DNA from: the human T2T-CHM13v2.0 reference genome, Homo sapiens
Assembly (NCBI RefSeq): GCF_009914755.1
Contig: NC_060935.1
Strand: one strand, 5' to 3'
Length of the DNA stretch: 64,000 nt
Below the pieces are notes generated by a model, which made no database searches, was not told the origin of the DNA, and was given only the letters and a program-made list of their open reading frames with translations. How positions within the stretch are numbered: the first letter of the stretch is position 1; each line of letters opens with the position of its first letter. A program made the translations under genes and the position numbers. Of the stretch, positions 40,401 to 53,553 are shown one piece after another.

Positions 40401-41554
40401 CTATTTTGCTAAAAACAGCTGGCTCTTGTTGAAAAATAAGCAAAACTCACAATTGCTCCATTTTGGTAAATGAAATAATTATTTTTATTGTTTCATTAAA
40501 GACGAGTATCTTAACAAGTGACCAAAATAACCCCTGTTAATCAAGAAATGGTTTATTGCCTGGGAAGTTTCAGAATGATTTGCTACAATTCTCTCTAGTA
40601 AAGAAGCAAAACCATCCCTCAGTTTTCTGCTATCATTAGAAAGAAATCTTTTTTAAAAACACTTTAAATAGATAAGTGCTATAAAAAAGTATGGAATGTA
40701 CCTTCCCAGTGTGAACTACATCTATCTCTGAATTGTAAAGAATGTATATCAAAATTATATCATGCAACAAAATGCACATTTTGTAGAGGGGGAAGAAAGA
40801 AAAGATTAAATTGAATCTTCCTGACAATTGTCTTAAATCACACCTTCCTGCCTGCAATTGAAATTATAAGTCACATTGCTCTGAGTTAAATCAAATTCAT
40901 CCTGGCAGGAAGATAGGCTGATGTGGCTTCAATTTGGTTTGAAAGTTGAGTTAGAAGAGAGGGAAAAATCTCTCCTCAAGAAGACACTCTCCACCAAGGA
41001 GCTAGGAAATGAGACTAACCCACCAGGTAACCAGACACCCTGCATGACTCTTCCACCAGCCAAGGTTTCAACCAACATAGCACATTCCTGGCATTGTCTG
41101 CTGCCCACTGCAATGCCAAGTTTCTACAAAAGATTTTACAAAACAAATCTGTAAAGGTTTTACAAAACAAATATTTCTCCACAAACAAGGGCAGGTCCCC
41201 AGTCTGGAGGGCTCAGAACTTCAGAGCAGCGGTCAGTGACACCAAGATGCCCTGGAGCAGAACTTCCAACATGTCTCAGCTGAGATGTGACCAGCATTAG
41301 TCTGGGCTCCCCTGGAGCCTAACTTATGACCATCTGAGGCTTGACTTACGTGGGAAAGTCCCAACTAATTGCAATGAAATGGGGCTAAATCTGATATACT
41401 AGGTGTTACAACCAGAAAATATATTCCTGACCGTATTTTCTATGTGAGCTTCAACAAGGATGAAGGAAAGAGGGAATGAAGGAAGACTGAAAAAGGGAAC
41501 TTGTTGTCCCCGGTAGCTCCTACCTGATACACAGGGTGGGGGTGCTCGCCTGTC

Positions 41555-41861
41555 TTTTTTGTTTTTTGGTTTTTTTTTGAGACAGAGTCTTGCTCTGTCA
41601 CCCAGGCTTGAGTACAATGGTGCAATCTCGGCTCACTGCAACCTCCGCCTCCCAGGTTCAAGCAATTCTCCTGCCTCAGTCTCCTGAGTAGCCAGGATTA
41701 CAGGCACCTGCCACCAGGCCCAGCTAATTTTTGTATTTTTTTTAGTAGAGACAGGATTTCATCATGTTGGTCAGGTTGGTCTCAAACTCCTGACCTCATG
41801 ATCCACCCGTCTCGGCCTCCCAAAGTACTGGGATTACAGGCGTGAGCCACAGCACCTGGCC
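41555..41861 (-). mobile_element. Full-length Alu (AluSg-like)
   Basis: T-rich tail plus both arms; CCTCATGATC 2-bp deletion; partial TSD TGTCTT. Confidence 0.93.
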
Positions 41862-42499
41862 GATTGTCTTCATTTCTATGCTTGGGGAAACTGAGGCCCT
41901 GCAAGTGAAGAGACTTGCCCAAGGTCACCCAAACTGTAAATAGCAGCACTGATTCTCATGACTGCCTGCACACTCTCTTCCACCACACTCACTGAGACGC
42001 TCAGGCTTCCCTCTTGAAGGTAATTTTTGGTTTTATTTCATAACTAAACTTGCCCTCTCCAAATCTTTCTTACTCCACTCCCTTAAATCCTCCTCATTCT
42101 TCAAAGATGTGTCATTAGTCCCTATTCCTCCATGAAGTCTATTCTGACAATTCGCTCTTCTGGAATTCAATTTTAACCCTCATTACATGAGTTAGCTTGC
42201 AAAAGATCCTTAACTGTTTCTTGTTTTGTCTTCTCAGCCCAATTATGAGCTCTTCAAAGAAAAGGAGCATGTCACATGTTTTCTATCATTTTCCACCATA
42301 CCTGGCACAATGCCAAGCCCAAGAGAAGTACCCAGGAAGCAGCCACAGAACAGCCTGCACTGATGCCTCTCTGCTCACCCCCTCTGGTAGCTCCCCAGTC
42401 CTTCCAGAGCATTCCATCTGCAGTGGCCTTTGAGGCTGCACAACCAGCTTCCCAACCCGCCCCTCTCTGGCTTCTTCCCCTACCCCCTTTTCCCACCAT

Positions 42500-42762
42500 C
42501 ACCCTGCTCTAGCCGCACTGGCCACTGTTTCTCAAACACTTCAGGCACACTCCTGCCACAGGGGCTTTGCACTGGCTGTTCCCTCCGCCTGGCACTCTCT
42601 TCCTCTAAGATACACAAGGCGCACACCTCACCTTCCTCAAGTCTTTGCTTATAGCAGAGCCCCTGACCACCTCCTCATGTAATTGCAGTCCCTCGTATTT
42701 TTGCTCTGATTCCACTGATACATCCCCAGCACAGGTGCTCAATAAACGCTTGTTCAGTGAAG
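42500..42762 (+). mobile_element. L2 3' fragment
   Basis: CTGCTCTAGCCGCACTGGCC...CCTGCCACAGGGGCTTTGCACTGGCTGTTCCCTCCGCCTGG...CAGGTGCTCAATAAAC. Confidence 0.75.
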
Positions 42763-44757
42763 GAGGGGAAGAATCTGAGCACATACCAAAAGAAGGCAGC
42801 GGTACACCCCAGGTCACTGTCAAACTTCCAGCCAACACTGAGGAGAGTGGGAACTTGGAAGCACATCTGCAATTTCTCCCAACTCCTTATGGTGGTTTTA
42901 TTTCCTCCCATTCCCACACCACAATAAACAATGCCAGCCTTGGTGTCCACCTCCTATAACTGCCCAATAGCTAGGGGCCCACCATTTCATACGTTTAACT
43001 CCAAATATTCCATTCCCTCAATTAAATGGGAAGTTCCTGGAAGGGCTGGCCATGTCTGCTATTGACTTTGTGTAGACCAGTCCCCCTTTTATGGTCCCCT
43101 ACCCCACCCCATGCCCTGAGCCTAGAGGACCCCCAAAATAAAGCTGTGGCCTGAGTGAGTGGAGGAGATGATCTTGTTGATGCTAAGCCTGCTCCTGGGG
43201 GAAAAAATGATGCAGCTGGCTGCAAAATGCCATACCTAGAGTTTCTCTCAGTCTTCCAGAGAGCTGAGCCCAGGTCAGCTCCTGGCATAGTCTTCCTGCC
43301 TCTCCAGGAAAGGAGGCTGCCAAAATAATCACTTGGTAACCCACCTCAGGGCTTCACAACTCTCAAAAAGTTTTCTTCCAGTCTCAACGTTTCTGCTAAA
43401 AGAAAGGATTGAGCCTATTTTCTCTTGATCAACATTACTGGAGCAGAAAAACAAGAGGGCCCTTAGCCCCTTGCTAAGGAGCTTAACAGTGGTAATGGGC
43501 TTTTATCTGTTACTAGCAGCTGAACCTGGGATAAGCTCATTACAGTCACTAAGCCTCAATTTCTTCATCTGTGAAATGGGGATAATAACACCATCCCACA
43601 GGCCTGCTTATGCGGTTAAGGTGAGGTGACAGGTGTAAAGTATTTAGCACATCACAGGTGCTCAGCAAACATTAATTCTCTTCCTCTTCCCATTTCTTCT
43701 CCAGATGAATTCAGACCTATTTTTCTATAGTCCTTCCTCACTGGTTTTTTTTCCCATTCTTGATTGATTGATCTCTTCTATGCACTTTCCATTGGATTCT
43801 TCTTCTAATATAAATCCCCAGGTTCTCATAAAATAAAATAAAAGGCCTGGCCCAGTTATCGAGTTGGACATTCTATGTCATAATTCCCACGTTATACCTT
43901 CCTCCATTTACTCTTAGAAACTAATGCAAATCAGAGGATCCATTTATTATTAAAAATGAGATTTAGAAGTGGAAGAAACCAAAATGTTAAAAGACTCACT
44001 TCTCCAAGCCCATGAACTGACAGGTCTGAAGCCTTCTCAAGACCCTCCCTTCCTCTGCAGCTCCTTCTCTCCCATCAGGGAAATATGATGATTAATTAGA
44101 CAAAGCCTGTCCCGCTTGTTGAAATCCTTTGAGGCATGAACCATATAAACACAAAGCATTATAACTGCAATAGAGAAACCAGAAAACCCCTCTGCCTTGG
44201 GATGCTAACCAAGGCACAGCTAAATAAATCTGTAATGGAAGATCAAAAAGGATCTTCCACTTGGATAATAGAAAATGTCACCAGCATAAACAGAAAGAGA
44301 GATTAGTTCAATAAAGGAATAAAGTTACATTTGTGGGTCTCAAGTAAGATTTTTGCTTACTTTTAACTTCCCAGCATATAACTCACAAGGTTATTAATAT
44401 GGACTCCTACTGTTTTGGGCAAATAAACAGCTGCTGATGTTTTGTGCCCAAACCACTTTATTAGAGCTTTCCTTTACAGCAATTGTTTCTTCCTTTCCAA
44501 ATCCTGAGAGGCTCAGACAGTTGAAAACCAGAGAATGCCAAAGCGGAAGGAATAACAAAAAAGAGAGGAGGCAGCCTGTGTGGGCAAGGAAAATGGGGAA
44601 GGGGCTGTGGACCCTCACCTTCTTCTTTGTAACCTTCAAGCAAGTCAGCGTTCAAGAGCAGAGAGCAAAGACCGGATGCGGCACCATCAGAAAGGCTATT
44701 TTTACCCCGTTGCTAGGAGTTATCATGGAACAGAGAATTCACCACTGTGAGAAGCCT

Positions 44758-44871
44758 CAGATGACCAACCATCCAGGCTTGCCCAGGGAATTGGGTGCTT
44801 CCCTGGACCTGGGACTTTCAGTTTTAAAACAGGGAAAGTGTAAGGCACATCAGGATAAGCTGGTCACCCTG
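44758..44871. mobile_element. MER81-like hAT-Blackjack MITE
   Basis: TGACCAACCATCCAGGCTTGCCCAGGGA...GGGACTTTCAGT..TAAAACAGGGAAAG...TGGTCACCCT; about 114 bp. Confidence 0.75.
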
Positions 44872-47324
44872 AAAGACACGTGACTATGCCAGGGCACAGG
44901 AAAGCACTCAGCCCGGTGCCTGGGACATTTTGGGTGCTCAGAAGTCACAATGAATCTGAAAGAGCTCTAGTCTGCAGCTGGAACACTCCGCTTTTTTGAC
45001 AAGGACCAGTTCCTGGAGGCCCCACAGTGACCTAGGAGAAAAGGCTGTCCACAGCTTTGTGGTGGCTGCTCCCTCACCCTTCCAGACCAGGGCCTTCTAC
45101 TGCTGCCCACCCTACCCTCCAGGTTCCTTGTAGACACAAATGTAAACCAAGCCCCTGCCTGGCCTCCCATTTGACCTGAGGCCTCTGAGCTTACACTCAA
45201 ACACCATGTTTGATAAGATGATCTCCCATTCCTCTCTACGAGAAACATTCATCCTCCTTCCTATTCTGTAGAGAGCATTGGTTTTGTAGCCAGTTTCCCT
45301 TCTTGGCTCTACCACCCATCAGCCCTGTGACCTACCTTGAACAAACTCTAAGTCTTCATTTTCTTACCTCTAAAAAGGTAAGAAAAAAGGTAATCTTACC
45401 ATGTTGTGAAGATGAAAAGGAATCACTAATTTTAAAAATTACAATTTTATTTGTTCATTGAAATAAATAAATAAGTAATCATGCCTGGGCAGCACCTGGG
45501 CCAGTCCCTGACCTGCTAGCATACTGTAGCTCTCTTCCTCCATTCCCTTGATACAATCAATCTTTAATTCTCTATATACCTGTTGCTCTTAAAATAAATC
45601 AAGGGTTTAGCTAGGATTCTCATTTGTCGCTTCAAATCTCTCCTTAGCTTTCTAACTCTCATATCCATTGGCCTAAGCAATTTTGGTACTGTTCTCCTAA
45701 ATCCCCAGATGCCGCTAGCACAACATTTATTAAGCCAAGCTTCGAATCCTGTCTTGCCAGAGTCCCTGAATTACCTTCCTGCTCCTCTGGGATCTCAATG
45801 GCCTTTAACTCCAAGTTCCCAGGGGACAGAGATGGATGCACAAGTCAGACTGGCGAAGCCCAACAAAGCACCAGAGCTTGTTAAGATGCAGCACTCAACA
45901 ATCTTAATCAGGGAACTCTGCTCTGAGACTTAAACTCAGTGCATTTGTAGAATGAACCTATTCACGCTAAAGAACTGGCCACAAGCCTCCTTGTAGGCAT
46001 CATTTTTCATTGTTCTCACCTGTCCCAAGGTGAAGAGTGCAGATGCCACTTCTCTGGATCTTCCCAAACACTGTATTTCTGTGAGCTCTTAAAGGATGGT
46101 GGCAATGGAAAGTAGCCCAGCAAAGTATGCCTGTTGGTTCTAAAACCATTTTAGCAGTGGCTCCATAAGGGAAGCCACTGAATGTTTATGGTGGCTGGAC
46201 ACTCAGGGGTTTCCACTAGCATCATTAAGGACAGCTTCATCTCCCAAAAATAAACCTTCCAAAAACTGAAATTGAATGTCAGGCAGTGAAAGAGAACTAC
46301 ATCTCAGTACTGCATCCCCACTGGGACGAACTGTCTAGCAACATATTTTAATCCATAATCGTGTAGTCAGAAAAACCACCAAAGCTTAAGTGTTCATATA
46401 ACAAGGAATCCTCTTGCTTAAAGTTCCAGTTGGCTGCACTGGAACTACAGGGGATCTATAAAAGGTATACAGATCCACAGAGAAGATTCCAGAACAGCAG
46501 TCATTCCCAATCACTGCCACAACATACTGTGCTGTGGAGCAGTTGTGAGGTAATTAGTGAGTAACAATAATTTAAGTACCAAAGCTTATGAATGATTAGC
46601 TTTAACTCTAATAAATTAAAGGGATTTCAAGGTTGTTACATTCCCTTGCATACTAATATGCCTTCTCAAGTAGGAAAATAAAGGGTGGAGTAAGAATGAA
46701 TGCAATGTGTTAGGAGGTGCATCCTCCTAGCCCTGCCCTAGGGCACATGCCTTGTATGTAGGCCTATGTGTGAGGAAGGGGGAAACATCAAGGACCCCTG
46801 GGCTCAAGCATTGCATTACAGATGGAGCTGACTCTAACCCCAAAGGCAAGTGAGATTCAATAACAATTGTAGGAGCCATGAAATGACCACATCCCTGCCA
46901 AATCCAAGGCAGAAGCTCCACCCTTCAAGAGACATTCCAGGCCAGCATAAACAGCATGGTCCACCATTCATTGATGGTGGCTTAGCCACCAGTGGACCTC
47001 AGTCACTCTGCCTCTTGCTCCTGACTTGAGTGTCATCCAACTTGTATGGCTTCTGCCCTTCCGCTTCATGCATAATTCCATCTCTCCCCAAAGCCCACCA
47101 TGCTGCCTTCTGGTTACATTTATCACTCACATTCAGCCGGGTTTTCCCTCCAGGAACTTTCTGTGTAACATCACCTCCAGCTGTACTGCTTGGCAATGTG
47201 CTTCTCCACAGGGCAGCCTGTCTGTCCCCATCTCCCAGATAGAACCCAGCTAACAAAAAGCCAAGCTTGGCTTTCTGCCACAAACCAAAGGAGACCCTCA
47301 AGACCCAAATCAAGACAATAGCTT

Positions 47325-47783
47325 TGTATTAGTCCATTTTGCATTGCTATAAAGGAGTACCTGAGGCTTGGTAATTTATAAAATTATAAATTTATAATTT
47401 GGCTCATAGTTCTGCAAGCTGTTCGAAGTCCAGCATCTGCTAGGCTCCTGGGGAGACTCCAGGAAGCTTACAATCACAGCAGAAGGTAACAGGGAAGCAG
47501 GTATGTCACATAGTGAGAGAGGGGTGAGAGAGAGAGGCAAGAGAGTGAGGAGAAGAAGAAGAAGAGGAGGAGGAGGAGGAGGAGGAGGAGGAGGAGGGAG
47601 GAGGAGCAGCAAGGCTCTTTAAACAACCAGCTCTTGAATGAACAAATACAGCAAGAACTCATTCATTACCAGGAAGACAGCACCAAGCCATTCATACAAA
47701 CACCTCCCACTAGGCCCCACCTCAAACACTGGGGACCACATTTCAACATGAGATTTGGAGGGTACAAACATTCAAGCATATCA
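47325..47783 (-). mobile_element. MST (MaLR) solo LTR with an internal purine-repeat expansion
   Basis: TGTATTAGTCCATTTTGCATTGCTATAAAGGA...CCTCCCACTAGGCCCCACCTC...TTTCAACATGAGATTTGG. Confidence 0.92.
47552..47606. repeat. (GAA)4(GAG)11G(GAG)3 trinucleotide repeat
   Basis: Read directly. Confidence 0.92.
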
Positions 47784-48842
47784 AGCACATTCAGCTATTC
47801 AAGTGAAGTGAGGTCAGAAATCCTATACGATGGTAATGAAGACGCTCCAGTAACCCTGTTTGTGACTCTGAATCCCATAAATACCTTTGGGAAAACATAG
47901 GCCAGCCTAACCCAAGTGACTAAAGCTGAACTTCAAGGCCCTCATAAATGACAAAACCAGACGTGGCTCTCTGACACTTTTCATTCTGAATTCTCCTTGA
48001 GATTCTCCACCAACCTACTTATCAAGGGAAAATAACAATTTATGTCAAGTGAGTGGGAAAGAATGTGGAATTCATTTATTTTACAGCCTACACACTTCTG
48101 GCTAAAAATGAAGATTCTTTGGTCACGGGGAAAAGTTGTGTCCTTTGGCAAGGCTTTTCTTCTTCATAAAGCTGTGGTTCTGAACTAGTAACAAAGGTAA
48201 TTAGGCTCAACTCCTAAGTCCTGCTATTGAACTCTCTCAAAATGTCAATCACTGTTACTAATATAATTTCACATGCAACAGTTCATTCCAGAGGACAAAT
48301 AGCTTTACTATTTAAATGACACTCTTTCCTCAAATAAACTCCATGCACTCAGCAAACATCATATCCTCTTCTTCACAAACGCTGCCAAGTCAAAGCTCAG
48401 ATGAGAAGAACACGAGCCAATTCTAAGTAACATCCATAAGCTATAGGAGACAGAAAAACATCCAAGCTCAGGACATCTGCTGATTCTTAGCAACCATAAA
48501 TGATTTGTAGTCATGGCGAACAACCTGCTGTTACTGACCTGGTATACATTAATATGCACATAATATGACTAACAAACTTTCAGGAAACAAAATGCAGTTA
48601 ATAACCCATTTCTCCATTGTTGGGATGATCTTGACTCAATGAAGTAAGATAACGGATTTAGAAATTAGTCACATAATGTAATACATTATTAATCATGGTA
48701 TTCAGAAGGGTAAATAGATGTTACAAGAACACCACCCAGAAATTCAATTTCCTTTTAGATTTATTTACTCTCCTGAATTTGTTTATACCACCATCATCCC
48801 TCACAAAAATGTAACAGTCTGATCTTTCCTCTTTTCCTGAAA

Positions 48843-49073
48843 CAGTTATTTTCAACTTTTTTTTTAAAGAAGTACAACTTTTTATAAAATGAAATATTTT
48901 ATAGAATGCCAAATAGAAAACAGAAGACAGTGGAGTTTTGTTGTTTGCAGGGAGGGGAGGGAGCACCTACAGGCAGAGTCTGGGAGACCCCACTTAACCC
49001 TTTTAATTCTCAGGCCCCAGATCAAACCTTCTACAAGTTTAGGTCTCCTGGGTACACAGTTTGAAAACCACTG
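48843..49073 (+). mobile_element. hAT-Charlie MITE (MER103C-like)
   Basis: CAGTTATTTTCAAC...AGTTTGAAAACCACTG inverted ends. Confidence 0.55.
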
Positions 49074-49182
49074 CCCTAAGGCATCTATGTAAAATTAAAA
49101 TTATGTATGTAACATATAATACAGGCAAAATATTTATGTATCAAAAAAATTTGTAAAATACACAAATCACAAACACTGAGTC

Positions 49183-49336
49183 TTTTTTTCTTCTTCTTCT
49201 TCTTCTTTTTTTCTTTGTAGAGATGGGGGTCTCACCATGTTGTCCAGGTTGGTCTTGAACTCCTGGGCTCAAGTGATCCTCCCACCTTGGCCTCCTAAAG
49301 TGCTGGGATTATAGGTATAAGCCACCACGCCTGGCC
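49183..49336 (-). mobile_element. FLAM_C with a (TTC)n tail
   Basis: Single monomer; TSD AAACACTGA(TA)GTC on both sides. Confidence 0.88.
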
Positions 49337-49499
49337 AAACACTGATAGTCTTAGAGAACAATAAGCAAGGACACAAATAGTCCCACAAGATAAAACAAAT
49401 ACCAGGGGTGGGGGAGGATATTAAGTTCTAGAGTAATCAAAGGAGTACAAATCAAAAGAATAGAGCATTTGACAGGGATTACATTTACTCGGAAAAATT

Positions 49500-49800
49500 T
49501 GAATGATAACACCCAATGCTGGCCAGGCTCCATGACTTTGGTACAATAAGACACTGTTGGTGGCTGTAAAGAAAGCCTTTCCTTCTGAAAAAACAATCTT
49601 TCATAAAAATGTTCAGACTCTTTGAGTCAGTACTAATCCCACTTCTGGAAAGACATCCTTAAACATAATTCAAAAAACAGTGAGGTGAAGATGTTCATTT
49701 CTGCTCTAATTATAATAGCAAAACAAATGTCCAATAATAGGAAAGTGGTTGAATCAATAATAGTATACTGATGACAGAATACTATGCAGTCATTAAAAAT
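49500..49800 (+). mobile_element. Old L1 (L1ME-like) 3' fragment
   Basis: GATAACACCCAATGCTGG...AATCCCACTTCTGG...GAATACTATGCAGTCATTAAAAA. Confidence 0.7.
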
Positions 49801-49802
49801 AC

Positions 49803-50510
49803 AGTAAAAGTTCTCTTTAGAAACTCTCCATTTAATCAATTCTCCAGATTAACTATGCTTGCCATTCCCTCTGTAACAAACCCTATTTGTCTCTAGTACC
49901 ACTGCCCACAGCTCCTGCAAATAGTTGAGTTTTACACTTACCAGTGGTCCACTGGGTTTGTTCTCAAACGTGTTTACACTATTTGTACTTGTCACTGTAA
50001 CGGCATAACCTAATCACGTATTATATAAACCAATGAAATATGACGGCTAAAAAGATGAGTGTTGTTTCTAAGAAAATTACTTTAAGTTCTAAGTGCTTTG
50101 CAAAGGTTTTATAAACGGTAGTCAGTTAAAGAATAGCAATCAAATTACATGTGAGCAAAATCATTGCAAAAGATCAGACAAAAATCGTAACAATTTAGGC
50201 TACTACACTGAGACTGCTTCATAAGCACCTTTAAGTTTCCAATGAATTTTAAAGAAAACAGAACTATGGGATATTATGGGAGTGGTTTGTGCAAGGAAGA
50301 TGAACAGGACGCCAATTGGCAGATGCATCCCAAAGACAGAACTTTGGCCTGATATCAAAAGTCTAGCAAATGAATGTACATTTTGGAAAACATTAAAATA
50401 AAAATATTTAATTGTATGTATGTAATACTTTGTTGTACTCTCCTCTTTAACCAATTTTTCTATTAACTAACTCAAGCCCTGACCACGTTGACTAAAAGGG
50501 ATTCTTTGTC
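49803..50510 (+). mobile_element. Ancient Tigger (Tigger15a-like) with a decayed HTH/CENP-B-type coding remnant
   Basis: TA|CAGTAAAA start; W.WF.Q.R...TPI.G-like remnant at about 50277-50325. Confidence 0.6.
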
Positions 50511-51781
50511 CTTTGAAAACAAGTCCGCTATGACAAGGACCAAGAGTGCCCATACTCCTGTAGAGTGTCTCTAGTATACAGTTCACCACTGTAATCACTT
50601 TCTCAGTGCAGTGTCTGGCACACATTAGGTCTCCAACAGATAAATGTTAAACCAATAAACTATGTAGCAAATATGGAAAAAATAGTGCTTCGTTAACAAA
50701 AAGAAAGTGAACAAAGCAGAATATAAAATTACATGTAAATCATGACTACACCTTCATTTTGAAATATGGAGGCAAATGAACAAATCCAGAAGGAAATGCT
50801 CAAAATGCAAACTGATTTTTAGGGTAGAATGAATTATGGGCAATTTTATGCATTTTTAAATATTTTCTTAAACATTGGCACATTCTTTTCCATATTCAGA
50901 AAGCTACTAAGAAAAGAAGAAAGCTATCTTTATTTTTACTGAATTTCCAAAATAAGAACTGAATCAACATTTCCATTTCCTGCACTCTCCAACACTGAGA
51001 ACTCCTTTAGCAGATTCTTGCTTCATCCGCCTCACCGTGTCAAGCCATCAGATCTTTCTACTCCTAAGATGGAGAGAACCTGACCCTTACTAACATTTAC
51101 TTTGTGTTTCTAAACCCCCAGGATGCTTTTTTTAAAAACTCATAAGTTATCCACCCTCTCATTTAACGTCTATTTGGTCAAAAAACTTCCCAAAACTGCA
51201 ATTTACATTCCCAAGAGATTCCCAAACACCATCTAATTAAATCATTCAATCAGAAAACAAATTAAAATGAAATATCACTGCAACTCCCAAGACGAAAATA
51301 AACTTTTCAGTCATGACTAGAACAGACCTCTGGGGTGATGCTCCAAAGCCTCTTCTAATTGCAAGTCCTATGGAACATCCTGCAGAACATTTTGTGACAT
51401 TTGCAGCTTCAAGGAGACTTTCCTTCTAACAAAAAGAGGAGCCTGGACAAGACTCCAAAGCAAAACACCTTTTTTGGAGAGTGGTAACACTTTCATTAAT
51501 AACCAACGTGGCCATAGGCATCAGCACTCATCCATTCATCCACGCTTCCACCCCACAGCTACTTTCTGCAGAATGTGCCAGGGACTGTCCTGCATGTTCA
51601 GTAAACATTAGTTAAAGGACTGGAACCTCTGCCTCTTGGCATGAAACAAAGCAAAACCTGAGTTTATCTATGGAGTTTCCAAGTGGGAAGGCTGCTGACT
51701 CCCTCACCCCTCAGCCATCCTCTGACACCCACTTCCACCACTGTCAACAGACTCCAAGGGACCCTGGGGCCCTCCTGGGAG

Positions 51782-52041
51782 ACAGTTTAGTACGTGGGTA
51801 AGAACTTAGACTTCTGAAGCCACACTAGCTGAGCTTACATCCCTATACTATCATATACCAGTGTGTGACCCTGGACAAATCATATACCCTCTCCCTGCCT
51901 CAGTTTCCATATCTGTAAAATGGAGCAAATATTACCTACTTCATAAGGTTGTGAAGATTAAATAAGTCAATATATGTAAAGTGTTTAGAATAGGGCCTGA
52001 CATATCCTAGGTGCTATGTTATTTTAGCTCTTATTATTATT
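51782..52041 (+). mobile_element. Near full-length MIR
   Basis: tRNA-like head, core CCTCAGTTTCCATATCTGTAAAATGG and tail TTATTATTATT. Confidence 0.88.
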
Positions 52042-53517
52042 ACCGCTTATTCCCTCCAGTTCAGCAAAGTAAACTGGATTGTTCAAAGGGCTATGCTGAC
52101 TAGAGGGAACTTGACAGTGGGTTACACATAAACAGCTTGTACCATCAAGCACAAGAGCTTGATCTTATTGTCCTTTACCACCCTCTGCCTTCAGAGAGCT
52201 GCACTTGACCAGCCCCAAATTTTATAGGCCCTTTACCTCTGTTTCCTAAATCCCAGCTCAGGATGGCCCCAGCATGGCAAAGGGAACTGTTGGTCATTGC
52301 TACACCATCATGGCACAGCCAACCTGGTAACCTCTGCCCCTGCCTGCCTCATTTCCAGTCTTTCCAAGTCACTGACCCTTCCCTACCTTCCTATAGGTGG
52401 CAGCTTTGGCCCTCTGTCGAGATTGTGGTTATTTCTGAATACCCACAGGGGTCATTGCACGTGTACAAGTGGAACAACACGTGTTTTAGGGACCCTGTCT
52501 CCTATTTTTTTAACCTATCTTCTCCAATTTTTCAGGTATAGATTTGAAAGTGCTGAACAACACATAGTTATAAAGTTTCCGGGGAGAAAAATCACAATGC
52601 TTCCTTTCAACTTCAACATCATGCTTTTCCATGTGGAACCTTAGAAATCATGTGACATGGTCCACATTCCACATGACTGGCACCCACTCCGTTACAGGCT
52701 CAGGGGTTAATGGCATCCCCTGAAAGCATCCCCAAAGCAGTACCTTGCTCACCTCCTGCCTGACCAGAAAGAAAAGCACAAGAGAATCATTTTCCAGGAA
52801 CACACACACACACAGAATCTGTGAATGAAAATCTCAAAATCTGTCGGCAAACTAGAAATGTCAAAGTAAGGCATGGCTTTGTGTCTCCTGGGGAACATTC
52901 TGAATCACCCTGGGGGAAACACTGTACTTCTATTGCTGATTAATAGTCAATCAAGACCTATGGGATGGAAAAGGACACGTAAGAAATAACAGCAACTGGC
53001 ACCCACAGATAGGTAAATTGGTTTTCAAGCCCAGTGCCAGGTTGAGAGGCAGAGGCAGGTCTGAAGAAGAAGCTGTCAATGTCCCTCTTTTCTGGGAAGG
53101 TGCCGAAGCCATGGGCTTGTTTTGAAGTCATTAGTCAGGAAGCACTATGGATGTGGATGCCTCTCCTGCACTCACCTGAACCTCCCTGAACCTTCCCCTC
53201 CTGGAAAGGAACTATTCTGGACACCTGGGGAAACACCAAATTCAGACGGAGGAGCCATCTCTACTCTGGCAAGAGCAGCAGGTGCAAGGATTGGAATTCA
53301 GACATCCACGTGTAAACAAAAGGGAGTGCTCCTGGCGGGGGGGTGGGGGGTAAGCCTTCAGTTCAATTCGATTTTGCCAAGGTCTGCCATGCACTGGCCC
53401 CTGAGCCTGGTGGGCCTGCTAGGTTTACAGGGGAACCAAGCTCGGCCCTGCCCTTAAGAAGCTCACACACCTGGAAGAAAGCAGGGGGCGCGGGGAGGGG
53501 AGGAAGTGTGGACGTGA

Positions 53518-53553
53518 GCGCGCGCGCGCGCGCGTGTGTGTGTGTGTGCACAC
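53518..53553. repeat. (CG)8(TG)7 compound alternating purine-pyrimidine microsatellite
   Basis: G(CG)8(TG)7CACAC read directly. Confidence 0.95.

Noticed and set aside
47376-47662. Poly-Pro/poly-Leu ORFs
   Set aside because: Translations of the GAG/GAA repeat inside an MST LTR.
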